DNA of 64,000 nucleotides from Octopus vulgaris (lineage: Eukaryota), in assembly GCA_951406725.2 (NCBI GenBank), contig OX597833.1, positions 65,224,001 through 65,288,000 on the forward strand. Reading direction: 5' to 3'. Below, piece after piece: positions 1 through 15,984 of this stretch. The notes under the pieces were generated by a model. That model did no database searches. It was not told the DNA's origin and worked only from the letters and a program-made list of their open reading frames with translations. A program made the translations under genes and the position numbers. Each line of letters starts with the position of its first letter. Within the stretch, counting starts at the first letter, position 1.

Positions 1-1079
1 AAGATGGCTGATTACTCTCTTATGATGAATGACGATATGAAAGTTCGGTCAAATATACATCCGTTGGGAACTGGATGCTGCCATTTCCAAAGATCAGCTT
101 TGTAATCATTGTATATTCCACTGAATGGTATATTGTCCGCTATTAATTATTATCGCTAGTAGTGGATGTGATGTGTGATACAATGCTAATTAAGACGACC
201 AGTATTGGTTGTAGTAGGTCGGATTCTGGAGCTGCTGCGGCTGGTGGTGGTGGTGGTGGTGATGGTGGTGGTGTTTGATGATAACTGCCATCTTTATCAT
301 CACGGCAACGGATAGCAACAAGCTTAACACTGAATATATACACACACAAGCCCACACACACATACGCACCCAGATACATAGACATGCATAAATAATTATA
401 TTTATATACATATATAGGTGTGTGTGTATGTGTCATAGATATATAAGCATGTAAAAACATGTGTGTATATATATATATATATATATATTTATTTATTTAT
501 TTATTTATACCGTATAAATTTTAAGCTTTACTTATACTGCTCATTGGAGGCGATCATGTGAGGATGCCTCTATAAGAGGTTTAGTTAAACAAATCAAACC
601 CAGTGCTGTATTTTTCTTCTTTTTTTTTCTAGTCTGTTGTTCCATTGGTGATATATTTTGCTGAAGCAACAACACGGTTGAAACAGATGAGAATTACAAA
701 CACACACATCTGACAGGGCTTCGCCTAGTTTCTATCTCCTAGATTCATTCACTAGTAACATATCTACCTTCAGAGCTTAAACAATTACACTGAGGAACGA
801 CAAAGGAACTGATGGAAAATTCACACTCAACACGCGGACCTGCCCATCACTCATTAGATAACGTCCAAAAATCACTAGGATTTCCCTGTACATACGTACT
901 TGCACATATGCATGCCTTCATACATACACACACACATATATATATGTGTGTGTATATATATAAAAGTATATACATATGTATGTATATACATAAATATTTA
1001 TATTTACATATATACATCCATATATATATAAATATATAAATATATATATTTATATATGAATGGGTGTGTGTATGCATGT

Positions 1080-2220
1080 AAGTATATAAATTCAGATATC
1101 TATAGAAGACAAGACAGTTATGTGTTTCATCAAAGTCGTTCCAGATGTGACCATCTCCTTTCTCTGTATTCAATTCTACAATCAATACCTAATGTATCTT
1201 AAAGTATTTTATTAAGACCCTGCCTTTTGTTCTTTGTTAAGAAGAAATACTTTGAGCAGCCAGTATAAGGAATTTGGCGAAAACTATGCGGTGCACTAGT
1301 TGTTCTTATTTGCTCACATCTCAAAATGCGAATGTTATCTTCATCTGGATGTCAATACATTATGGAATCGGCTATATGATAATGCGTGGCATTTTGGAAT
1401 TTATATGCAACACCCGCCCGTACATTTGCGGATCTATAACGGCAAGCCCAGATTCAACATCACTACTAATATCTGTGCTCGAGACTCTTGCATTTATTTT
1501 TCCTATATAACGCAGTATCTATCCCTTTGTAGGAATTTTTTAAAGCACTATCCCTCCTTAACTCCTAACATCAAGTTTGATTTTAAATACCAGATACATG
1601 CTACCATAAGTCCTTCTCTGGTGGATGGAGCATGCATTCTGTTACAAAGTCACCAGAGACTCTTTCACATACACCTCACGAAGCCATACTTCTAAGTCTT
1701 TTACGGTTTCATTTTTCGAGCAAAGAAGCACTCATGTTTGCGACGCATGTCTGCCGCATTTTTTTTTTTATCTGCGTTTGCTGAATACCTGTGATTTTCT
1801 TTATGGATTGCAACAGTAGTAAAAGACGTGTTGATATTTTGGTGTGTAACTTCGAAGTTGTCATCTGCATTAATGGTGATAGTAGTGTTAGTCATGAAGT
1901 TGTCGATGTCGCTGGTAATTATACAGATATTGGAAGCTGGCTGTGGCGGTGATGATACCGGAGTTGTTAATCTTCGTGGAATTTCTGCTAACATCATGAG
2001 TTTAGGTTTCGACTTGTATGATATAACTATATGTTTCTGTGTTTTTGTTATGGTTGTGCTTTTAATTTGTAGGTTTTCAATTTTTTGTATATTTTGGACG
2101 CATATTTGCTGCAGACAGCTTTTATATGTCTTGTCGGGATCATACATTCTGTCATTTATGAGGGAAAGCATTCTACATAATCTTGTTTCGAGGCCATGCC
2201 GTAGACACATCAGTTCTGTT
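1080..2220 (-). mobile_element. Possible decayed Penelope-like element, N-terminal region and start of the reverse transcriptase
   Basis: Minus-strand translations across stops and frameshifts give, in order, KENHRYSANADKKKNAADMRRK..RKM (cf. PLE K.N..III.KADKG.A.VIM...DY..KM), PQMYGRVLH..MPRII (cf. P.FYGLPKIHK..PLRPII) and VLSSIDI/NLYT (cf. L.S.DV.SLYT). The motifs are degenerate. Confidence 0.4.
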
Positions 2221-2265
2221 ATCGTCAACAACATCAATATCCACAATAACAACAACAGCAACAGC

Positions 2266-2338
<73 letters not shown>

Positions 2339-2357
2339 GTAATAATAATAATAATAA
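2266..2357. repeat. (AAT)n microsatellite
   Basis: Seen directly; abuts the 3' end of a SINE. Confidence 0.95.
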
Positions 2358-2358
2358 T

Positions 2359-2573
2359 GGTTTCAAATTTTGGCACAACGGCAGTAATTCTGAGGCAAGG
2401 GGAGAGGGCAATTACATCAACCACAGTACTTGACTGGTACTTATTTTACTGACCCCGACCGATGAAAAGTAAAGTCGTCCTCGGCTGAATATGAATTCAG
2501 AACGGAGCCAGGGGCGAAATACTGTTAAGTATTTCGTCCAGTGTGCTAACGATTCTGCCAGCTCACCACCTTA
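2359..2573 (-). mobile_element. tRNA-derived SINE, group A, tail type ...GTGCCAAAATTTGAAACC
   Basis: Homologous to the clean copy at 29425-29655 over the head and the central GACTTT.CTTTCATC...GGGGTC...AAGTACCAG domain. Confidence 0.85.
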
Positions 2574-2608
2574 CTAATAATAATATATTTAATAATAATA
2601 ATAACAAT

Positions 2609-2645
<37 letters not shown>

Positions 2646-3327
2646 TGCTGATAACGAAGAAGAAAAGCAGAAAGGAAGGAGAAGAAGAAGAAGAAGAAGA
2701 AGAAGAAGAAGAAGAAGAGGAGGAGGGGGAGGAGGAAGAAGTGTGAATCTCATAATGATACTTCTATATTTTTTGTGTTTGTTACGTAAGAATAAAATCT
2801 TTTGGATATTAATTCATAATTCTTAAAATAATCTTTCTTTTTTATTTTATTTTATCGTTTTCGTTAAAGTGTTTTTTTTTTATTTGTCTGTTCCTTTTTG
2901 GTTTTCTTTTTTTTTTTTTTTTTTGGTATCTAATCTTTTGTTTCTTGAAGACAGCAACATTTTCTGCTGGAAACTTCTTTCTACATGGAGTAAAAATAAA
3001 AGTAACGAAACTAATAAAAACAATAACTACAAATTAAAATACCAAAAAAAAACCGAAACTACCACGATTTTGTTTGGAGACAGAAACAGAGAGAAGACTA
3101 TGAAAGGAAAATAAAAAAAAATAGTTAAAAAATTAAGTGGAACATACAAACAACACTTCCCAGACTATACTATGTATTATAAATTGTGACTAATTTTAAT
3201 GATTATTAATTAACAAAATTTAAATTATCAATATTGGATAACATTATTTTGTTCTCTTTGGATGGTATTAATTAGGAACGCGACAGGAAAAAAAAGAACA
3301 AGACAAATATGAAAAGATATAAATGAA

Positions 3328-3503
3328 CAAGAAGAAAAAGAAGAAGAAGAAGAAGAAGAAGGTAGAAGAAAAAGAAGTAGAAGAAGAAAAAGAAGAAGAA
3401 GAAGGTAGAAGAAGAAGAAGAAGAAGAAGAAGAAGAAGAAGAAGGAGAAGAAGGAGAAGAAGGAGAAGAAGGAGAAGAAGAAGAAGAAGAAGAAGAAGAA
3501 GAA
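3328..3503. repeat. (GAA)n microsatellite
   Basis: Seen directly. Confidence 0.95.
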
Positions 3504-3532
3504 GAGCAACAACAAGTACAACAACAAGATTA

Positions 3533-4880
3533 TTTTTATTAGCCACAGGGGCATAGCTAAGCGTGATATCACAAGGGCAATATACAACTTGTGGTGGTGG
3601 AGGGTATTACAGGAAAGATGAGGAGATACAAATAGAAAAGAGGGTGAATCGAGATAAAAATAATCATAAGGTGGTGCTCCAGCATGGCCATAGTCAAATG
3701 ACTGAAACAAAAGAATAAGAGAATAAAGGAATATTATATGATAACATGAATAATGCAGTCCTCCAGATAGAATGGCAAACTCCAAGTAGGAACAATCAAG
3801 GAACCGCACAGATGAGCAGATAGAAATGGAAAAGAGAGTGACATGAGATAAGGATAATCATAAGGAGGTGCTCCAGCATGGCCGCAGTCAAATGAGTGAC
3901 GCAAAAGAATAAGACATTAAAAGAATATTATATGATAACATGACTAAAGCAGTCTTCCAGATAAAAGAGGTAACTCCAGCTAGAAACAGATCCAGGATTA
4001 CCCGGACCACCAAAGGTTCGATACCTGTCCCGAGAGTTCTTCCGTCCACAGCCGCATGCTTATAGTAGGGCCATTCACCTTAAGCATTCTTCCTACAGTC
4101 ACTCATCTTTTCATAAATTCACCGGGAGGTAGAACTCCCCCTTCACCATCACTTTCCAAGTGGATATTGGAAGAGTCAACACAAGCTTGCCTCGAAGCGG
4201 AAGTGTCTGACATACAACCTCTTTTGCCATAGCCACAAGAAAGAAGATCAGCGCCTGCTATGACTTGTTTAAAAGAGGTGATTGAGTGACCGTCTTGATG
4301 GATTTCGCCGATAGTCGAATACGACCCACATGATGCGATTTCGGCTGTTCGACATAAGTCCACACATAGTACTTGGGCACTGCACGAGTGCGCGTAGTAC
4401 TCTTTCATCGTTCTACACTTATCTCCGACATCCCGCTTAGCGACGCTTTCTATGATTGTGGCATTTGTCCCAAACCGGTTATGCTCTTCGGTGTCACTAC
4501 CAAGCCAGAGATTTCTGGACGTTGTTCATTGTAGTTCCGGGCCCGGGATTCCTCTGAAACAAATCAGATAATTTATCCTCGTCGATCCAGGCGCTTCCCG
4601 CTATTTAAACTGATCTTACCACCGCCATCAGATTTCCGTATCACGCTGACGTAAAACCTCCACCTATCGCATTGCTCGACCGGTGATGGTCTAGCGCATG
4701 AAAATATGCCGCCGAATCTTGGTCTTTTCTTGATCCCTGACGGCAGCTCCGTCAAAGAGATAGGCTACGAAAAAGCATAAAGGACACCACCTTATTCACG
4801 CTTAGGAAAATCTGTAAATATCGTAAACACACAGTGCAACTTTACGCATCGGAATACCAAGCCCGACTTCCAAAAATCGT
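3533..4880 (-). mobile_element. 5'-truncated, decayed L1/Tx1-clade LINE (ORF2 C-terminus with zinc-finger region, plus 3' UTR)
   Basis: Minus-strand frames give GLGIP, TELPSGIKKRPRFG, GPGTTMNNVQKSLAW**HRRA*PVWDK, C.R....DERVLRALVQCPS, WTYVEQ..VGRIRLSAKSI and LVAMAKEVV, matching the Tx1 ORF2 end. Many stops and frameshifts. Ends in CCCTGTGGCTAATAAA. Confidence 0.75.
3630..3997. repeat. Imperfect tandem duplication of about 195 bp, each unit containing a group B SINE 3' end
   Basis: Units begin at about 3630 and 3824; both contain ATAATCATAAGG.GGTGCTCCAGCATGGCC and GAATATTATATGATAACATGA. Confidence 0.85.
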
Positions 4881-4894
4881 TACCAACTGCTGCT

Positions 4895-4946
<52 letters not shown>

Positions 4947-4959
4947 GTGGTGGTGATGA

Positions 4960-4993
<34 letters not shown>

Positions 4994-5023
4994 GGTGGTG
5001 GTGGTGGTGGTGGTGGTGGTGGT

Positions 5024-5236
5024 GGTTTCTAATTTTGCCACAAGGACAGCAATTATGAGGGAGGCAACGAGTCGATTACATCGACCCTAGTGTTCAACTG
5101 GTACTTATTTTATCAACCCCGAAAGGATGAAAAGCAAAGACGACTTCTCTGCAATTTGAACTGAGAACCTCCAGACGGGCGAAATACCTCGAAGCATTTC
5201 GTCTAGCTTGCTCAAGATTCCACCAAATAGCCACCA
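5024..5236 (-). mobile_element. SINE group A
   Basis: Homology to 29425-29655; lies between compound trinucleotide tracts. Confidence 0.8.
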
Positions 5237-5273
5237 CAATAATAACAAGAGCAGCAGCAGCAGCAGCAGTAGC

Positions 5274-5330
<57 letters not shown>

Positions 5331-6119
5331 TCAATAATAATGGCAATAATAATAATAATGATGATAATGATGATGATGATGATCATGATGATGATAATAA
5401 TAATGATGATAATAATAACAATGATAGTGATACTACTACTACTACTACTACTAATACTACTACTAATAATAATAATAATATTAATGCTTTAAAAATGGCC
5501 GTGCACATTTGTAACGTCACATCTCTCACATTTACGAGATAAACTTGATGTCTGGTCTCTCAGTCATATATTGAACCACATTTAGTTTGTTTTATTTATT
5601 TTGTTTTTATAAGAAGAAAAATCAAATGTTGCTGTGTAATTAATTAATCTAGTTGAATATTAAGCTTGCTTGAAAACTAATCACTTTGAGAGTGAACTAT
5701 TGAAAAAAAAAATAATTTAGTTTACCTGTAAAGTTAAAACTTTTTTAGCGCCATAACGCCATCTTAAAGATAATTAAAAAGGAATAAAAGATATAGAAGA
5801 TTCCAGCAATGAAGAAAGAAAATATGAATGAAGCAAACAAGTAAACATAGCTAATTTAATTTAATTAATAAAAAAGAAATTAATTAAACACAAGACAAGC
5901 AAGAGAACAAAAAAAAATAACTTCACGGGGTATTGACTTGAATGGCTTCTTCTCTATATCCGAAATGTTGAAAATAGATAAGTAAATATTGGCGGTGTAT
6001 AATATAGGTCTGTGGAACTAATATAGCTTTGTTGAATTACGATAATTAGCATGACTATCATCATCATCGCCTTCATCATCATCATCATCATCTCCATCAT
6101 CATCATTATCATGATGAAA

Positions 6120-6329
6120 GGCGGCGACCTGGCAGAGTTGTCTGCAAGAAGATATCGCTTAGCGTCATTTTGTCCGTCTTCAGTTTCTGAATTCGAAAAC
6201 CTGCAGAAATTGACTTTGCCTTTCAAGAGTTTCGGGAACAATAAAATATGTACCAGTGAGACACTCGGGTCGACACGATCGACTATTCTCCCCCTCTCAA
6301 AAATTTCAGGCTTTGTAGAAAGGATAATT
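6120..6329 (+). mobile_element. SINE group A (diverged)
   Basis: GGCGGCGACCTGGCAGA head, central domain, AAATTTCAGGC...GTAGAAAGGAT tail. Confidence 0.8.
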
Positions 6330-6470
6330 ATATGTAAAGCCTCACACTTTGTGTCTGTCCTCCTCATCCTTCGCCTGGTGGTAAATAAATGAAACCGTTA
6401 TTACTATCAATAATATTGTTGTTATCATTATTATTATTGTTCTTGTTCTTGTTGTTGTTATTATATTAAA

Positions 6471-6674
6471 GGCGGTGAGCTGGTAGAAGCATTAGCACAC
6501 CGGGCGAAATGCTTAGCAATATTTCTTCCGCCTTTACGTTCTGTGTTCAAATTGCCTTGCATCTTTTCGGTGTCGATAAATTTAGTACCATTTGAGGACT
6601 GGAGTATCGACTGACGCTCCCCGCCAGCCCACCCACCAAAAAATTCAGGCCTTGTGCCTAGAGTAGAAAGGATT
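6471..6674 (+). mobile_element. SINE group A
   Basis: GGCGGTGAGCTGGTAGAA head; tail runs directly into (ATT)n. Confidence 0.85.
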
Positions 6675-6693
6675 ATTATTATTGTTATTGTTA

Positions 6694-6769
<76 letters not shown>

Positions 6770-6804
6770 CATTATTATTATTATTATTATTATTATGATT
6801 ATCA

Positions 6805-6896
<92 letters not shown>

Positions 6897-7029
6897 ATTA
6901 ATACTATTATTATTATTATTATTAATATTAATATTATTATTATTATTACTTTTATTTTTATCATTATTATTATTATTATTATTATTAATATCATTGTTGT
7001 TGTTGTTGTTGTTATTATTATTATTATTT
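6672..7029. repeat. (ATT)n microsatellite
   Basis: Seen directly. Confidence 0.95.
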
Positions 7030-7759
7030 AGCACGTGAAGGGGCAGAACCATTCGTGGCCTGAACAATTTCTTACAGACATCTTATCTTTCTTTACACTC
7101 CGAGTTTATATTCCCTCGAGGGAATTCCATTCCTTCAGATTCGACAAAATAAGTACCAGTTGAGTTCTGTGGACAATGTAATCGATAAGCCCTCTCCCCT
7201 AATATTTCTGTATTAATACCAAACTGTAATATTAACCCCCCACACACACTTAAATGTGGATGTTGCACTAGAACACAAAACAATGCTTCTTTTGCTGTTG
7301 ACAACACTGAACTTGAACCTTCCTCGACATTATTCTTATTTTAAATGCAAAACACGTGCCTTGTTTTAATTAACAAAATGGCAGAGAATCATGTCAAAGA
7401 GAGCACATCAATCACCAGGGCAAAGAAAGCCGTTAAAAGCGGCAAAAGCAATGACGAAGATTACGACAAGAACATCTTATAAAAAAAACGAGATGAATAG
7501 GTTGCGAAGTGAAAACGAGTTAAGAACAGCAATGTTTTGTGTCCTCCAAGGACAGATAGACAATATCAGGAGAGTGAATTACTCTGCGATATATATATAG
7601 TTGGAAATATGGTGTTCGGAGTTTCAATCTCGCCTCTGGAGACAAATATAAGAGATGACCAGGGCTAAGCATTTCACTGAATCATAAAGTACAGATTAGG
7701 CAATGATATAAAAGCAGATGGAGAATGATCGTCGACTGTTCTTTGAGTCCAAGGGTGAC

Positions 7760-8945
<1,186 letters not shown>

Positions 8946-9311
8946 GATGGCGGCCTAAATGATGGGGAAAAAGGGAATAGCGTTGTGAACAGGATGAAAA
9001 TTCTACTTCCTCAATTCCTTACAAAATTCCTGTCTCCTGTGGCAAGCTAATAAATCATGTTTCGGTTCGAAGAAAGACAGCTATTGATATACGGACAGCA
9101 AAACCGATACATTTCTGTCGGTGCCATTCCACTTCACCAATGTCGTATTTCAGTGCTCTTAGAATCAGCAAGAATTCCCTACATCATACGTCCACTATTT
9201 CGAAGATATCAACATTTGAGTTTGGCTACCACACACCCAAACACAAACACACATACACACACATACATACATACACGCCTATGTATATATAAGTATATAT
9301 ATATATGTATG

Positions 9312-9343
<32 letters not shown>

Positions 9344-9364
9344 TAAATGTATATATATATATAT

Positions 9365-9415
<51 letters not shown>

Positions 9416-9417
9416 CA

Positions 9418-9478
<61 letters not shown>

Positions 9479-9522
9479 TAGATAGATACGTATAGATATA
9501 GATAGGTATAGCTACAGATATA

Positions 9523-9559
<37 letters not shown>

Positions 9560-10036
9560 CCCTTATTATCTCTCTATGTTTTTCTTTTTACTTTTTTTCT
9601 TTCTTTCCTTTATTCCTCTCTTCTTGTTTTCGATTTGACCTAGCAAATACACTCCCTACTTTTAGGTCAGTTTAAAAGAAAAACATTGATTCAATATAGC
9701 AATGTGTACAAACTCTATACTTGGAATGTGCAATTTTAAATACGATTGGATTTTACTCACAAGATATTGGAATCTTATATGTATACCATTCTGCCTAAAT
9801 AATGGACCTAGAATTGCTATATCCCTGCATATCTCACGTCAATTTTCATTCTTTCACTTCACTCTCTTTTTCGTATCCTATCTAAATTAACTATTGCTCA
9901 ACCAGTTTCTCACACCGTCTCAAATGAAGGGATATAATTAATAAATATCCTGGAAACAGCTGTAAAAACTTCTATTTATAAATGTTCTAAAATCTACACA
10001 GCCTTGGTTTTTTGAACTCATTCCCAAAAAATATTA

Positions 10037-10110
<74 letters not shown>

Positions 10111-10399
10111 ATCCAAACCAGAAAACACAGGAAAAAAAGAGAACAAATAGGAGAAAAAAACACAGCAACGCTAGATAAATTTATACATGATGGAATGGGC
10201 ATGGTTGGATTGTACAAATTATTAAACATAGAGGGGAACAAAATTCTACTTGATCAATACAGAACTGTAATAAGACAACAATAACAGCAACAAGAACAAT
10301 ATGTAAAACATAAACAAAACGACTTTCGGGAACGGCATCAACAACAACTGCGGTATCTTCGCTTCCATTATATTCTCTGTCGTTAATACAACGCTGCAT

Positions 10400-12448
<2,049 letters not shown>

Positions 12449-12991
12449 GGTGTGGGTGAGGCTGTGAGAGACAGAGACAAAGAGTTCAGCCAAGCATATA
12501 TTTAGTTTTATAACACTTTTATTATCTATTTCTTCATATCGCCCATAATATATCTTCCATCACACATTGAATTGTCCTGCCTTGACGCATCCCATCACCC
12601 TCTTCTTAGCGAACCACCTATCGTTATTACTCCCACTTTCACTTTCGCTTTGACATTCTCATTTTTTTTTTCCTTCCCTCTCATTCATTTTCTCTTTTCA
12701 TTCTGGTTTTCCCCTTGAATTTATCAATTCGTATCCCATTTCGAATTCCCTTTGTCGCGCTCTCTGCCTGTGCACACGTGCATAGACAAACGCGCGCACA
12801 CAAACACACACACACTCACACATACACACATACACACATGCACCACAAACATATATAGACATGAGCGCATATAGTCAGAACGGCATGTAGATTTATGTAT
12901 ATATGAATGGATATAAATATATATATGTATATATATATATAGATACATATATATATATAAACGATATATGCATCTATATACATATGTATAT

Positions 12992-13081
<90 letters not shown>

Positions 13082-13083
13082 TA

Positions 13084-13336
13084 CTTTATTTAAAGTAGCA
13101 GAAAATTCAACAAAACCTGTTACTGTGAGTTTCCCGTTGCCGTTCATCGGACAGTTTTTGCTAGAACCGATATATCGGTTCCATTCTAGCAAAAAGTGTC
13201 CGATGAACAGCAAAGGGAAACTCAGAGTAACAGGTTTTGTTGAATTTTCTGCTGCTTTAAATAAAGCATGTTACTCTACCACTGGTATTTGAGTACTCTT
13301 TCTTCCACCTTGTTTCACATTTATGTGTTTACTCCG
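13084..13336 (+). mobile_element. PLE terminal-repeat remnant with an 83-bp 5' inverted duplication
   Basis: Arms 13084-13166 and 13184-13266 match at 78 of 83 positions; each arm carries a hammerhead-like motif; follows (TA)n. Confidence 0.75.
13112..13159 (-). ncRNA. Minimal type I hammerhead-like motif (CCGAUGA core)
   Basis: CTGT-CCGATGA-A-CG-GCAA-CG-G-GAAA-CTCACAG-TA-ACAG; mirror copy on + at 13191-13238. Confidence 0.6.
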
Positions 13337-13389
13337 GTAGGTACGTACATATATGTTTGTATGTATGCATATATTTTTATTTATCTCCT

Positions 13390-14176
13390 TATTGTCTGAC
13401 AGCGCCCCGCATCAGGTTCGTTCCGATTCGTCGTTTCGATCCACTTCTTGGTCCCTTTTTTTATATTTATATTATTATATTGAAGATGCAGTACTCTCTC
13501 CCTTTGCTTTAACCTCTTCAATCTTTCTCCCTCCCACTCCTCCTCTCTCTTCGCCGCGTGTCCCCCTCCTCCTTCCCTCTTCCTTGCCTATAAAACAAAA
13601 TTCCTTTACACGTGGTTCCCACTATTGAAAAGACTGCCTCCACGCGCTGCTACTACACTTTCGTCCTTGCCAGCAAAAGGCTTTTTCGTTCGTCCCCTTG
13701 GGTGGTTGATTTCCTGTATAGTATTCTTTTTATTTTCTCGTTTTGTAACTAATTGTATTTTTTGTACATGTATTTTTATTTTTGTAGTTTTATTGTTCGT
13801 CTATGCCAGAAAGAAGGCTTTTTCGTTCGTCCTCGTGTGTGTTTGTTTTTGTACATGTATTTTAATTTTGCAGTCTTATTGTTACGTCTTGTTTGTGTTC
13901 GTACTCATTTTGCCCCGCTGCTTGGAATTTTATTTTAATTCTCTCGCAGGAAGGCCTATTGGATTAGTGTTCTGTTATGCCTTCGAAACATGCCTGACTC
14001 CTCTAGCGACAGCTGATGACGGGGGTTTTGTCCTTGTGTAGCTCGTCCTGTATTTGTTTTTCGTTTTCCGTTTTCTTGTTTTTTGGTTTTTTGGCTTTTT
14101 CCGTTTCTACGTCTTATTGTGATGTCCTGTACTCCCGTATAATTATTTATATATGCATGTATATATACATGTAGAT
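13390..14176 (+). mobile_element. Probable PLE 3' fragment bracketed by an exact 53-bp direct repeat
   Basis: Pyrimidine-rich tract, GAAGGC...GCCTTC-GAAA-CATG hammerhead remnant near 13950-13992, and a T-rich tail; 13337-13389 is identical to 14177-14229. Confidence 0.5.
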
Positions 14177-14226
14177 GTAGGTACGTACATATATGTTTGT
14201 ATGTATGCATATATTTTTATTTATCT

Positions 14227-14262
<36 letters not shown>

Positions 14263-14267
14263 GTCTA

Positions 14268-14499
14268 TGTGCTACGTGGTAAGAACGTTGCTTCCCAACA
14301 ATATGGCTCCGTGTTCATTCCCACTGCGTGGTACCCTGTGCAAGTGTTTTCTATAACCTCGGGCCGACCAATGCCTTGTGAGTGGATTTCGTAGAGGTAA
14401 ACTGATAGAATCTCGTCGTATATATAATATGTATATATGTTTGTGTGTATGTATTTGTGTGTTATTTTGTTTGTTTGTCCTCCAACTATTGCTTGACGA
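14268..14499 (+). mobile_element. SINE group B, 5' two-thirds
   Basis: Homology to 35566-35992. Confidence 0.8.
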
Positions 14500-15152
14500 T
14501 TATTTGAAATGAACTGCATGGCTAGATCTTTAGATATCATTTTATTCCACCATCTTTTTTGAAAATAGTGATACAATACTGAGGAAAATGACTGAAAGAA
14601 AAAATATTGATGAAGAAATATAATTAAGATGTGATAAAGTGATAGCAAATTTTGTCTCAAGTCACACATCATAATCTAGCGAGATGCTTCATCATGACTT
14701 GATGTGTGATGGTTTGAAACCGGGGTCGATATGGCCCTTGGGAGATTCATATAAAATTTTGCTGTTAAAGTTTATGGACAATAAATTAGTTATAATTCTA
14801 CAATACCCAACATATGTTGACAATATTTTCATAATATTACTATTAATATTTAATTAAAAAAATTAATAGTATTCATTAGCACTAAATGGATATAGTGCTC
14901 TTTCCGAATGAAATAAGAATCTCAGGGGTATATGGATAATATATTGTCAAGAAGCACTGCTTTAAACAAATTTTCTACTGCTATAGGACAGAGCACTTGT
15001 GAGTAAAACGGATCAAGTGTTCACTCCATTACATCTGAAACTGAGCAAAACAAAAAGGTCAACGACTTTGATAGCAACAACGTCAAGAACATCAACCTCG
15101 GAATATCACCGATTGCTTCTCTTTTAAAAGCAATAACACAAGTTGATTTATG

Positions 15153-15382
15153 TCTTTATTGCCCACAAAGGGGCTAAACATAGAGGAGATAAACAAGGAC
15201 AGACAAAGGGATTAAGTCGATTACATTAACCCCCAGTGCATGATTGGTACTTATTTAATCGACCCCGAAAAGATGAACGGCAAAGTCGATCTTAGTGGAA
15301 TTTGAACTCAGAACATAACGTCATACGAAATGCCGCTAAGCATTTCGCCCGCTGTGCTAGCGTTTCTGCCAGGTCGCTCGCC
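15153..15382 (-). mobile_element. SINE group A, full length, Tx1-like tail
   Basis: Homology to 29425-29655; TSD-like flanks CAATAACACAAGTTG / CAACAACACAAGCTG. Confidence 0.9.
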
Positions 15383-15726
15383 AACAACACAAGCTGGTGG
15401 TGATAAAAGGGGTCGGTTGAACCGCGCCTTTATCTACTCTGTTTAGTTTAATGTTGGTCTATCATTTTCTTTTTTTTACCAAAAGTGTACTCACATCGTA
15501 TCTTTACTTCCTCTTTATGTGCTCTTCGGTGTGTATGTGGCTGTGTGTGGCTGTGTGCATGCGTACACGTGTGAATTTATGTGTTTTACGTTGTATGTAT
15601 ATCAGTGTATGTGTGTGTCAAGGGTTGTGCGTGTTTATGAAGGTATGTGTATGTACGTGTACAGACGTTTACATATATATATTTATATAGATATATATGT
15701 ATGTATCTGATACATACATATATATC

Positions 15727-15775
<49 letters not shown>

Positions 15776-15915
15776 GTATATTAACGTATGTATGCCTGCA
15801 TGTATGTATCAAATCAGAAGATTGGGAGGATTTGGTATTATTTATTTATTATTTGGAATACTCAAATAAGCAGATGTGCTTCATGAGGCCGCAGCTTGGA
15901 TTTTAACCATTTCTC

Positions 15916-15984
<69 letters not shown>

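Noticed and set aside
190-329. His-tract terminal exon on the minus strand
   Set aside because: The His run comes from a (GGT)n microsatellite, the acceptor is weak, and no partner exon was found.
4103-4408. 101-aa Cys-containing ORF as a host exon
   Set aside because: It is an alternative frame of the decayed Tx1 ORF2; the recognisable motifs lie in other, stop-riddled frames.
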